Assembly: GCA_030141605.1 (NCBI GenBank)
Contig: JAQGDQ010000470.1
Coordinates: 1 to 64,000, forward strand
From: Tubiluchus corallicola
Taxonomy: Eukaryota; Animalia; Priapulida
Direction: 5' to 3'
Length of the DNA: 64,000 nt
Part shown: positions 48,801 to 60,600 of the stretch, one piece after another
Numbering within the stretch: position 1 is the first letter of the stretch
Layout of the letters: every line of letters starts with the position of its first letter
Notes under the pieces: model-generated
Seen by the model: the letters and a program-made list of their open reading frames with translations, nothing else
Databases searched by the model: none
What the model was told of the DNA's origin: nothing
Made by a program: the position numbers and the translations under genes

Positions 48801-51800
48801 TGGAAGACCTCAAAGTGAAGTACACAAGGAAAGAATTAGAAAACAATTTGAAAGCAAGCTGAAACCATTCAAAATACATGAGGAATATAAAGAAGTGACT
48901 GCATCAAAAGCAAGCTGCGACTGGGCCTTCTTCAGAGAATATTTCACAACGTATGAGTATAAATATGCCTTTAGGCACAAGATTTATAATGAGTACAGAA
49001 ATAATATCAGAAACAGGACATTTGATTAGGACTTTTAACAAAAAAGTTAGGGTTAGATTGCTGTTTGCACATACTGCACATTAAAAAATTCTACTTTGTT
49101 ATGGCATTCAGTTCTTGTAGATCACATTGTCATTGAAAAAAACGCAAACTAATTTAATATTTCCATTATTCTGCTAATTGGCGCTAGTTAGTCTCATTGT
49201 ACAGGTACAGTAAGGTGCTAAATAAATTTAATAAAGATGAAATCTTAATCTAAGATCCCACAGATACCAACACCATACATTCCCTGATTTAAGCATGGAT
49301 GTCCATAATCACATCTAATAGTTTATGTTCTATAATTATGTGCTAAAGATGGGCAGATTGATTCCTGCTGTAGAAATGGAATTTTGGGATATGGAGAGAA
49401 TTGTGACTCACAGGCACTGTGTATTTAGAAATTTTTTGTTAAGTTAATGTTTGCTTTCTTCTTTCTAGGTCATTTCGACATGCAATAATTAGACATAAAA
49501 AGGAAAAACTGTTTGCCTACATGCAACTCTACCTAGAAGACAAAAAAGCAAATATGCTGCCAAATGTAGACTTTCTAGACACATTTGGACAGGTAAATTG
49601 TTTATGGCTGTACCAACAGTACATAAAAAAACATTTTATGACTTGTCAAAGTCTATAAATCGCCAAAACATGTATGAGATTATTGCAATTAAGCTGTAGT
49701 GATGGACATGTTGTTTTCGTTTTAACTTACTGCAAATAAACTGCAATGGTAGACAGGTCGTTTTTGTTTTAACTTACTGCAAATAAGCTGAAATGGTAGA
49801 CAGGTCGTTTTTGTTTTAACTTCGAAAGCAGTTTCTTTGTTTAAAGGGCCTGTAACACAAACATCAGTGCAAACGGAAATTCAAAGATAATTTCTTTTTA
49901 CAACCAGAAGAAAACGTTGTTACAGTAACAATATAAAAAAAAATCCGATTTGACAAAAAAAGAAGGAAAACAGATAATGGAATGATAACATATCGAACTA
50001 ATTTGTTGACTCAGAGAAGTTAAGCCATCACAGCACGTATGTCTTTCCAATAAAACTTGTACATGATAAAATTTAGTTTGCAAATTTAAAAGTGATAGAA
50101 GTCAGTTATCTCAGTGGGCCCACATAAACCCGAAGGATGAACAAGCTCATTTTTGAATGAATGTGATCTTTGGCATTAAAATGATACTTCTTTAGACGAC
50201 ACTCTTCGATGAAGCTGACGATCAAGAGCTGAGTTTTCTTATTGCTTCCGGAGTAGATCAGAACAAGCAAGGCCAGCACAGGATGTCGTCATCATTGGGA
50301 AATATCCTCCATTTTGCAGTAGAATCCGGTCGCTCGCAGACCACAGAAACACTGTGCAAGTTTCTCGATACTAACATGGATGAGACAAATTCAAGTGGTA
50401 TAACAAAGATTTTGTCGTAATTTTCGTTATATTTTCAGCACATTTCATTTCAAATTATTAAATTGAAATTAAAGTTTTCACAACAAAATTGTAGCCATAC
50501 TTAATCGTTACACTTAAGCAGATGTCATATCTCATTATACTAGTCACAGCATAGCAACTGAATGTGAAGCACCAATTAATGTAAAACTAATGTGAATCGG
50601 GACAGGTATTTCCAAGCAGTTGTAGCAAGCTGAACAAATCTAAACTTGAACTCTCATTAAATATGGTTGTTGATTCATTTTGTAATGCACCCTACATGGT
50701 ATAATTTTGTTTGCTTAGCGCAGTTCTATTTCAAGGTTTGGCTCCGCTCCATCTAGCGGTGATGCTGAAAAACAAAGATGCAGCACGGCACATTGTCACG
50801 ACACTCCTCAGTTCTGGTGCTGAACCCAACATCTCCGTAAGTACAATTTAGCCCATAAAATTTGTTTAATAAAGAGATTATGTTGATGTGAAATAAATAA
50901 ACAATTATATACAGCATAACTGATGTGCCTTGAGTTCTATACAGAACTTAGCAATAATCATAAATCATTGATAGTTTATTAAAACGCTGTAACGTTGGAT
51001 GAATATAAACTTCATAGCTTCTGAAATAGCCTACAAAATTGCTAGCTTTAAAAGCAGCCGTCGGAGTGATAATGCATCCCATATACAGTAGGTGCCGCTT
51101 AATAGACTCACTTTGGGACCGACGTGTTTTGACCCAATTAACCGACTGAACCCATTAACCGATGGATGTAGTATTACTGGTATAGAAGTATGAGTAATCA
51201 GCTTACTATGCACGACAAAGGTTTTTAATGAATTTTCGAAACGAAGTAATGCCTAAATTTCTTTGTGCAGTTAAAAAATGAATGAAATTTTTAAATGAAT
51301 TAAAAAGTGAATTAGCAAGAAATTAAAAAGTGTACTTTTCCAAATCACACTAGTCTGTTTATTTGCAAAAATTACTGTACCTGCATCACTGACTGTTAAC
51401 TGATTAAGCGTGAAAGTGTGATTTGCAATGAGAGCAGAAATTCTTGGGTAATGCAATGGATGAGCACATAACTGATTCAAAGCAAAACCGCTACACTAGC
51501 GTATTAGCGCATGATAAACGTAAACATACTTGCTTACAAACAAAACAGTAATTAACATGATTGTTTCTATATATATTATAGTGCACAAAAGCGAGGTAAA
51601 GATGACATAGAAGTAGGAGGGGCTCTTTGGGCACATACAAATGTCTTAAGTACCGTATATACTCGCATATAAGCCGAATTTAGAACTATAAAATACAATA
51701 CTGAAATCAGGGGGTCGGCTTATATGCGCATGAAACAAAATGAACACAAGGACAGACACTAATGCCAATTTTCCAGCCACACACTTTCATCGCTATCTGA

Positions 51801-54114
51801 CTCTTTATTTGGTTGTGTGTCACCACTGGTGTATTGGAGGGGGATCGTGGGGGATCGCCGTCCACCCACTTTTTTTTAGAAAAAATTCACATTTCAATAA
51901 ATGTCTGCTTTATGTATTCATTAGATAAAAAATATTAAAAATGTATAAATATATGTGACAAAAAGGGATCAATTTTGTTGATTGGGTATGGAGTAAAATT
52001 AGACAAGTTGATGGTCGGCTTATATACGGGTTTTCGCAAAAACTGGCCATTTTAAAGCAGTTTTAGGGGGTCGGCTTATATGCGATGTAGGCTTATATGC
52101 GAGTATATACGGTATGTGAAAGAAAAATATTGAGTCAAATTTGAGGACTATCTTTGTGTATATGTATATAACAAAGAGAAAACGTACTGTACCAGATTAC
52201 AATAACCAAGTCAGACAACAGACAAATATACACATGACAAGATTAGGTACAGAGTGTCCCAAAATCACGAATGTGTCTTTTATTGCAGGTTGCTACAAGC
52301 GGTAAAACACCACTGCATCTTGCAATGGAGAGAGAATACTTTGACAAAGAAATCGTGAAGTTTCTCGCCAATTCTCCCAGTTAGTAACATAGAAACTTAT
52401 GTCAGATTAAAATTGACTAAAGACTGACTCCGTATTGAATTTACAGAATCACAGATGGGGCAGTAAAATCATACTATGTCTTTCGGTCATTCGATTTGCC
52501 CAGAGTTAAAACATTTTCACCATTTTTGAAGTGCCAGCTACCAGAATAAAGTCCCGCTCATGGCACATGGACATCTTAACTAGGATGGGTCACAGTCAAC
52601 TCTTAATAATATAATTCAAAGAACATGTTAAGACATGCTAGCAATTAATCGAAAAATTTTATAAAAATTTCAGTGATTTGACAATCCAGTTGGTACTACT
52701 CAATTTCAATGTAACTTGGCATCTTAAGAGATAATTATTAATTAACAAACGTAATAATTTATTAGAATATTATTTCACAAACCATCCTACTTTATTGCAG
52801 AGATCGATGTAAACCGGAACACATACAACAAACAGTCCCCACTCCATGTTAGCATGGCAGAACTGCTGGATGACATGATAATAAACAACAATGATGAGGA
52901 AACATTAAGAACGAGAGACATGAAAGACTGTATGTTGATGCTGGTGCAAAAAGGTGCAAAAGTAGATCATATGACAGAGCTTAAGAACAAAGCCACCGAA
53001 AGGTTCGGGCAAAACTGCAACTTCATCACGGTAAGCAGTAATCTTTCAAAAAATTTAAATAACTACTTTTGCCGTCGCCAGTTGTTGTGATTGTCATCTT
53101 TTTCTCACTCGAGTGTTTACGCACCCCATGCTGAAAACATGGAGAAAACGCTGCTGTACCACTTCTGTGGGTGATAATAACCATGTGTTTCTATGGCTGC
53201 ATTGGCCATTTAATAGGCCTAGATAAAGATAATAATAATAATCTTTATTTAAAGTCGGCTTTTTGGTCAACAATTGGCATTAGCTCAAGGAGCTATTATC
53301 GCCGACTGTAAATAATAACAGAGATTATTATTACCCCACTTTTACCCTAAATACCAGGCGTCAGGCAGGGCAAAGCGGTACCATTTTAAAAGTCTTTGGT
53401 ATGACCCGACTGCTGGTTCACACTCACGACCTCCCAGACGGAAAGCAGACGCATTACCACTAGACTAAAACGTCTTATCTAAAGATACATACGGAAAGGA
53501 AAATTATCAGAAAAAATTGTAAAGCCATATTTTTCTTGCTCACATTGTAATATATTACTTAATGAGGTCTAACAGAAATGTTTTTGTCAGCACCAAAAAT
53601 AAAGCACAAACACTGCTGACAAGTACCAATGAAACACAATGGCAAAATGATCATTGTCATTGCCAGTTTATTGAAATTTGAAAGAAACACAAAACCTTAA
53701 TATTTCACATACCCCATGGTCAGCAGGAATACGAGAAATAACATGTCAACTTTGTAAGTGCTGCAGAGAAAATGCACACAGATTAAATTACAGGTGTATA
53801 CGGTAATTACCATGTTTGACCTACACGAATTCAATGTATTACTCCACTTTCACGCACTTTTAAACACAAAATCACAGCCATCTGCGTCGAGAGCTGGATT
53901 TTTGCTTTCTGCATGTCAAACTGTGTAAAAAATTCTTTAACGCAAAAATAGCCCTACATAACTTATAAAAAAAACTTGGTCATTACCAACATTGTCAAGT
54001 ATCATATTCCTTATTTTAAATTTTTTCTACATTTTTCTGTAGTTTCATCAGAATTTGAAGAGTTGCTCAAGGATTACAGCGGGAGCTCTCTCTGGAAAGA
54101 CAGTTCAAGAGTAA
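45832..54114 (+). CDS. IkB-family-like ankyrin-repeat protein (nuclear IkB / IkBzeta / Bcl-3-like) with long N-terminal region, 8 coding exons, about 1146 aa
   Basis: Exons 45832-48268, 48767-48950, 49469-49592, 50196-50397, 50736-50836, 52289-52379, 52801-53030, 54043-54114. GT-AG, phases match, total 3441 nt; in-frame stop just upstream of the ATG. Ankyrin repeats GNILHFAVESG, SGLAPLHLAV...IVTTLLSSGAEPN, SGKTPLHLAME...IVKFL, DVNRNTYNKQSPLHV...LVQKGAKVD. The SGxTPLHLAxE and VNxxTYxxxxPLH pattern is typical of IkB proteins. The ankyrin call is firm; the subfamily is inferred. Confidence 0.82.
51653..52112. mobile_element. Tc1/mariner-pogo-like MITE
   Basis: TA|CCGTATATACTCGCATATAAGCC...GGCTTATATGCGAGTATATACGG|TA: perfect TIRs and TA TSD; internal gtcggcttata repeats. 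Confidence 0.9.
53340..53468 (-). mobile_element. tRNA-derived SINE, degraded copy
   Basis: Shares accatttt(a/c)aaagtctttggtatgac with 16130-16160 and has a decayed tRNA-like head. Confidence 0.6.
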
Positions 54115-54861
54115 GACATAATTAGACTGGTTTACTAACAAGTATTCCTAACTACATGTATTGATACTAATTAAAAAAAATAAACACCAACTTAAATCTC
54201 CAAATTAAACTTCCATCAGAAGCAGATAATCGGATTTTTATCCATGTATTTTGGAAGTTACTGTTTCAACACTCATATGAAAGTCATATGGAAGTTGATA
54301 GGATAATTCTGAAATGCCACAAAAGTAAATCATTTTGGAGTACCAACTTAATTTATTAGTATAAATGTGCAAATGTTCCAGTAACTAATAAGCAGACGTG
54401 TGTTTCATTATTATATTTAATCAGATTGCCGTGAACAAATATATTATTTGCGACAATTTTCATAGTTTTGTATGACTTAAATAGATTAGAAGTATTCCAA
54501 AATGGTTTGTACAATGTCGAATAATTGTCAATCAGAAATAATGCTGTAAGAGCTAAATTGTTATGTGAAATAGGATAGCACTCTTCTGTGATTTGCCATG
54601 ATCGTAAATGTAAGAGAAGTGAAAATGCCCTTGAATCTCAAAAATTAGTGTAATTCTGGCTTTTAACACACCACAAGCTGTTATCTCTACTCACCCGTTT
54701 CTGACAGTACACCACAAATAGTTATTTATAGTAAATGTTTATAAACTCAATAGAAAAAATATTTGCTCAAGCTATATCTAATTGATGTCAGGTATCCTTG
54801 TCAGTTTAAATGTAAATTTTGTTTTCTTAATTGGTAATTTTAGCTTTTCTTTTAATTTAGA

Positions 54862-55635
54862 CTAGCAAAGGCCCCGCAAAAGATTTTGCGTATAAATACA
54901 CGTGTAATCAATAATACGCGAACATCCTACACAGTCCTCATTTATAACGCAAAGCCTGTAACTTTTTGCTGAATTAAAGTTATAAGCAGAGTAGAGTACA
55001 ATGGATGACGTCAGAACAATGCCTTTGCGTCAGCAGTTTTCTAAGTGAAAATTGCCGAAAATAGAACTCCTAATTAACTCGTTGATACTCCTCTCGGTGG
55101 ACCTGCCCTAAAATATAACCCACATCATCGTGTAGCCCTGTTCTTCCTCTTTGCAAAGAGCTATATGTCTCCTTCCGAGAATCCCACCAGGCGCCGCTAG
55201 AACGTTTTTTCCGCATGCTGTTTGATCAAAATTTCGAAAAAATCGCGAGTTGGGTCCGGAAAAACGCCCGTTGCGGGACGCCGTGGCCCTCTCGGGAACT
55301 CTAAATAGGCCTATGACACCCACCGCTAAACGGGCTATCTATCCACACCCAGCACCACCCTCGACCCGTTCCCGTTCTCTACATCTCAGTCGTATAACTT
55401 TTACAAAAAACGGCTGAAAAATGGCCATTCTTGGAGGTTTTTCGCCTCCCGTTCCTCCCGGTGGGCCCGATTCGAAAAATAAACCCCCAATGAGACGACA
55501 CTAGATCGAGACCTTTAGTTTGATGTATAGATCGCCGCAAATGGTGCCCTCGTCCGGGCTGTAGCCTCGAATCTTATATATAAATAAATATATATATTAA
55601 GATACCAAGAATATTAATATATCTTTTAATTTAGA
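54862..55635 (-). mobile_element. Non-autonomous Helitron-like element
   Basis: On the minus strand it ends hairpin CGCAAAATCTTTTGCG, a short spacer, then CTAG|T. The 5' end is A|TC followed by a TA-rich run (boundary 55602 or 55635). No TSD. Confidence 0.7.
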
Positions 55636-55706
55636 TTTCAATTCAACCTCTTCATGCTTTTTGTATCTCTTATTTTACTGACATTGTACACTTTATTTTA
55701 TATGTA

Positions 55707-56050
55707 CAGTCAACCCTCGTTAAACCGGACTAATTGGGGGGTGGGGTGGTCCGGTTTAGCCGATTGTCCGATTTATCCGATATGCCAATATGTGGTCTAT
55801 ATTATACAGGAATAATCACCTTAATAAGACCTATATACATTGCACTATATGCTGTGCACTATATACTATATTGTATTTTACTTTAAAATAGTTAACCTAT
55901 GAGGATAAAGAAATTATTGTACAGTTGGTAGGCCGTGTTGTGTTTAGCGCTCCGGCTTGGACGGAAATCGGTCAGTTTCCTTTACCACGGATGACGTGCG
56001 TCTTATCCGATATCCGGGCTAACGGGGTCCGGTTTAACGAGGGTCGACTG
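55707..56050. mobile_element. Tigger/pogo-like MITE
   Basis: TA|CAGTCAACCCTCGTTAAACCGGAC...GTCCGGTTTAACGAGGGTCGACTG|TA. Confidence 0.9.
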
Positions 56051-56606
56051 TAGTTTCATCTGTAATCTCTTATTATTGTATCTTTCTGTGATGATGTACG
56101 AGAGGATGAAATCTATCGAGGAAAAAATGAAGAATTTTTGAGATTTATGGCCATTTTGACTTCTTACAATTGTAAACTGTTATGTATTGTCATTCATTGT
56201 CGAATTATTCTTGGTGCTCAACACTAATCAAAGAAAGTTAAATCTTGGCCATTATATGATCTCTAAATTTTTAAATAAGATTGCAACAAAAAATTGTGTG
56301 AGTTTATATTTTATTTTCTGACACAAGCAACAACATCATTCCACTATACCAATATTTTTCATAAGTTAGTAAGAAGTGAGAAATAACATGGACTCCCAAC
56401 CCAACATTTTTGCATTTTCTTTTCTTCACTTAGTTTAATTTAAGAAAAGAATCAAAGATTTTACTATTAAATCACTCTATCGACAATCTTAAAATTGAGA
56501 TTAAAGTAGTCATCCTACTTAACATTTTTAAATAGCTCAACGTACTTTATGACTTTGACTAGCATAACATTTTGTTCGTCGTTTGCTGTTTCGTTCCTAG
56601 TCCTTA

Positions 56607-57225
56607 ACATGACATTACAACAATCCTCAGCGTGGCTAGCTTGCCATGGAACAACATGACATTACAACAATCCTCAGCGTGGCTATTTTGCCATGGAACG
56701 ACATGACAATACAACAATGCTCAGCGTGGCTAGTTTGCCATGGAACGACATGACATTACAACAATGCTCAGCGTGGCTAGTTTGCCATGGAACGACATGA
56801 CATTACAATAATGCTCAGCGTGGCTAGTTTGCCATGGAACGACATGACATTACAACAATGCTCAGCATGGCTAGCTTGCCATGGAACGACATGACATTAC
56901 AACAATACTCAGCGTGGCTAGGTTGCCATGAAACGACATGACATTACAACAACGCTCAGCGTGGCTAGTTTGCCATGGAACGACATGACATTACAACAAT
57001 GCTCAGTGTGGCTAGTTTGCCATGGAACGACATGACATTACAACAACGCTCAGCATGGCTAGTTTGCCATGGAACGACATGACATTACAACAACGCTCAG
57101 CGTGGCTAGTTTGCCATGAAACGACATGACATTACAACAATGCTCAGCGTGGCTAGTTTGCCATGGAACGACATGACATTACAACAATGCTCAGCATGGC
57201 TACTTTGCAATGGAACAACATGACA
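56607..57225. repeat. 47-bp minisatellite, 13 copies
   Basis: Unit acatgacattacaacaatgctcagcgtggctagtttgccatggaacg; head-to-tail with no spacers. Confidence 0.95.
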
Positions 57226-57674
57226 CATCTAAACTGACACACTCATTCCCCAGTAATTTAATATACTGAAATTACAATATTACCAAACCCAATTCACAAA
57301 ATTCACACACTGCACAACATATAATAAAAAAGTATCTGTCAATGCAAGCTTAGATGTTAGAAATGCTTCAGTAAAGAGATTGACCCACACCACACTGAAA
57401 GCAACATGTTTGCCATTCTGAAATTGGAGAGCATTTGTGCATACACTGTCGAATGTCTAGTGTTTATGCCAGTAATCATACTGATGGTAGAGTGATGCAT
57501 GATGTTTTATCACCTTGCAAGAAAAAATATCTCTTCACAGTCGCACTGCCTGTAACACAATCATCATACTTAAAAAGCAGCATCAAGAAGATTCAAAAAC
57601 CAGCTGGAAACATCAGCTTAAGAGCAATCTGAAAAGAAATGACATCGACCCCTCAAGCGGGTACCTTCATGCCA

Positions 57675-60600
57675 TCAGATCTTGGGCTTTGACGAGCGCA
57701 GTAGATGATGATAATTTGGCAAGATCTTTGTCAGAAAATCCAGCTGTAATGTCTGAGGCTGAAAGTAAATAAAAAATATGAGAATTCATTTCAAAAGTCA
57801 CCTACATGCACGTTTTATTCAGTTAAATTTACAGCAAGTCTTCGATGTGTCCACCATTTTCAGTGCAAACTAGATGAAGGCATTTCAACAACTGACCAGT
57901 TTCTCATTCCTTTCAGGGATATTCGGTCCCAATACTGAACAATTTTTGCCATTAATTACTTTGCATCAAACAGCTTCGTGCAGTCACTGCACAGTTCATG
58001 AAAAGTCCATATAATCCAGAGGATTAAGACCCATTTTTTTATAACAAATCTTTGTCAATTCTTTGTTATTTGTGGTAAAGACTGTGATGTAAATTTGTTG
58101 ATTTCTTTGCTGTTTCACAAACATGTATTGAGCACTTTATATGTCAACTGTTTCACACTTATTCACAACTAGCTGACATTTTTCAGGCACTTAAACTTAA
58201 CATGTAAAAGTTTTTTTGCTATAACTAAAAAACTACTAAATGTGTAAACTTGCATACTTTCACCGCTAAATGCTAATGTATTGTAACATAATGTTGTAAA
58301 ATTTCATGTATTGTAACATCATGCCTTGAAATTTCATGTATTATAACATCATGTCGTGAAATTCCTGTATTATAGCATCATGCCGTGAAATTTCACATTT
58401 GTAGGTCACTTACTTAAAATATTATTGTAATCTTACACTTTGGCAATAGCAGCTACCTATTTAGCTATTTTTTATCGCATTATTAGCCCTGACTGTCTGG
58501 AAGAAATGATTATTTTAACAATATCTAGGACTGATGAACAGGAAGATTTGCTGATTAGAGAAAGTTTGAACATTGCAGAACATTAACCCTCATTGCAACC
58601 CACAACTCTGCTCTTTTAATTCTGTTTTCCCTCCCTGAACCTATTTTATTTTTCTGCACTCTGTACACTCATACAATGGCTACTGTACATGTTACTTGTG
58701 CTAAGCAAAGTTTCTTTCATCGAATTTTAGCATCACTGACAAAGTTACCAACAAGAGCTGTCAGGTCTTAACTGCACAAAAAGAAAAAACTAACTACATA
58801 AAAAACTAACTACATAGAAAAAATGTGAAACATACCGCAGGCCGTTCTATTTGAATGCGACGTAGATGATCAGACCCATATATCACAGTATTTTCCACGA
58901 GAGCTTCACGAGCCACAAGCCGGCAGCCAGCACCAACAATACATCCATTTGTTAGCTCAACACTAGGTCCAACATAAGCTATATTAAAAGCAATAATTGA
59001 CCAAGCATTATTTCAGCTGCATCCAATATTTCTAAACAACACCAAAGTGACCAAAGACTGTTAAAATGTCCTTGACTGTAAAACGGCTTACAGTGCATGA
59101 GAGAGCAAAGAATATTGTAGCAGTTTTGGCGGACATAACTGCGCATAATGGCTGTTATTGTGGTCTTTTGTAACGGTTCTCTTCCACGATCGTTTTGTAC
59201 TACACTGCGTTGGTAAAAATATACGGAACTGCAGGCTTGTTTATTTTAAGATAAATCGCTTTTGTGTTTTGACTGTTCCAAGACTTATCAGCAATTCTAA
59301 CCAATTTCCTATGAAGGCTCTAAAGTACTTTTAAAATCTCTCTCGCACTTAAAAAAGTTAATACGTACACTTTGGCTCCAAGACGTTGTTGTCTCCTATT
59401 TTTAGTGCTTCGCAAGCTAGTTTCCAATGAAAAGAAAATGGTTTCTTAAGACGAAAAAGTCAAACGCTGAAACGTTTATCAATTTTAAACTTAAATGAAA
59501 ACTGGATGATTGTTTAGACTCAATCTCATTTTAATTTACTGTCCAAAATATACGTTTTCTTGCCTATAACAGTTAACAATTTTTCCTTATATTTAAATAA
59601 TTAGCTTAGAAAGTTAATTAACGGCAACCGAACACAGCTATTGCTTACGTCAGAAACTAACCACAGTTTGTGCAATAACAGGTATCTTCCCTTGCGCATC
59701 AAGCACATTTGTGTATGTGTTACTGTTTAAACGCGTGATGTCACTACACATCATATGACATCAGAAACTAACACAGCAGTTCATGATCATGCCTATCATG
59801 GTACCGCCTTCTATTTGTCGGCCACGCGGACGTGACAAAAAAAAGTGCAGCTGCCAATCTTAGTAGATTCACTGAGCCGCACGTAGCTTTGAAAGTTTAA
59901 CAAAATCTGAGTATCCGAGGTAATTATTATTTAATCTAAGCTTTGATTTAAAAAAGCTATTGTAGTTTTCAATATTCTAGAGCATTCTTTATTCTGAACT
60001 CATGTTTACACAATCATCAGGTTTTCTTTTAAAACAAAAATTGCATTTGACTGCTTTGATTTCAACTGACAGCATCGACAAATCATTCACAACAATTAAT
60101 AAAAATAAACAATGAGCAAAGATGGGATAAAATATAAAGGATACTGCTTGACGCTTCAAAAACGTTATTGTCTCCTATGCTCATCATCCTTTCACCAGTT
60201 TCCGGATTGTCTTCAGCTCTTCGCCTGAAAAGATTAAAACATTTCAAGTCGAGTTAAACAGGCATTTAAAAGCATTTACTAAAACAACACAACTTTTATT
60301 AAGAAGCTTTAATTTGAAATTGTTTAAAATTTGTTAAACATTTGTAAATAAAGTTTTTTAATAAAAGTTGTGTTGTTTTAATAAAGTATTTCACTAAATG
60401 TTAATTTATGAACCACTAAAAATCTACCAAACTGCACACAAATTACGTGAAATTTTCCAGCTTTTAATTCGCTCAGCTTTTAATTTCCCAGCTACACTCA
60501 CATCACAAATGCAACTATTTCTTCTTATTAAAAAAACGTCATACATGAGTAACATTCAATCGAAAGGCAACGATGACCAGTTGTAAATACTGCAGTTCCT

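Noticed and set aside
27763-54114. An innate-immunity cluster (pentraxin + USF + IkB-like)
   Set aside because: Proximity of three unrelated genes in a compact animal genome is not evidence of a functional cluster without synteny or co-expression data.
56607-57225. CRISPR-like regular array
   Set aside because: Units are head-to-tail with no unique spacers, there are no cas genes, and the context is eukaryotic; it is a minisatellite.
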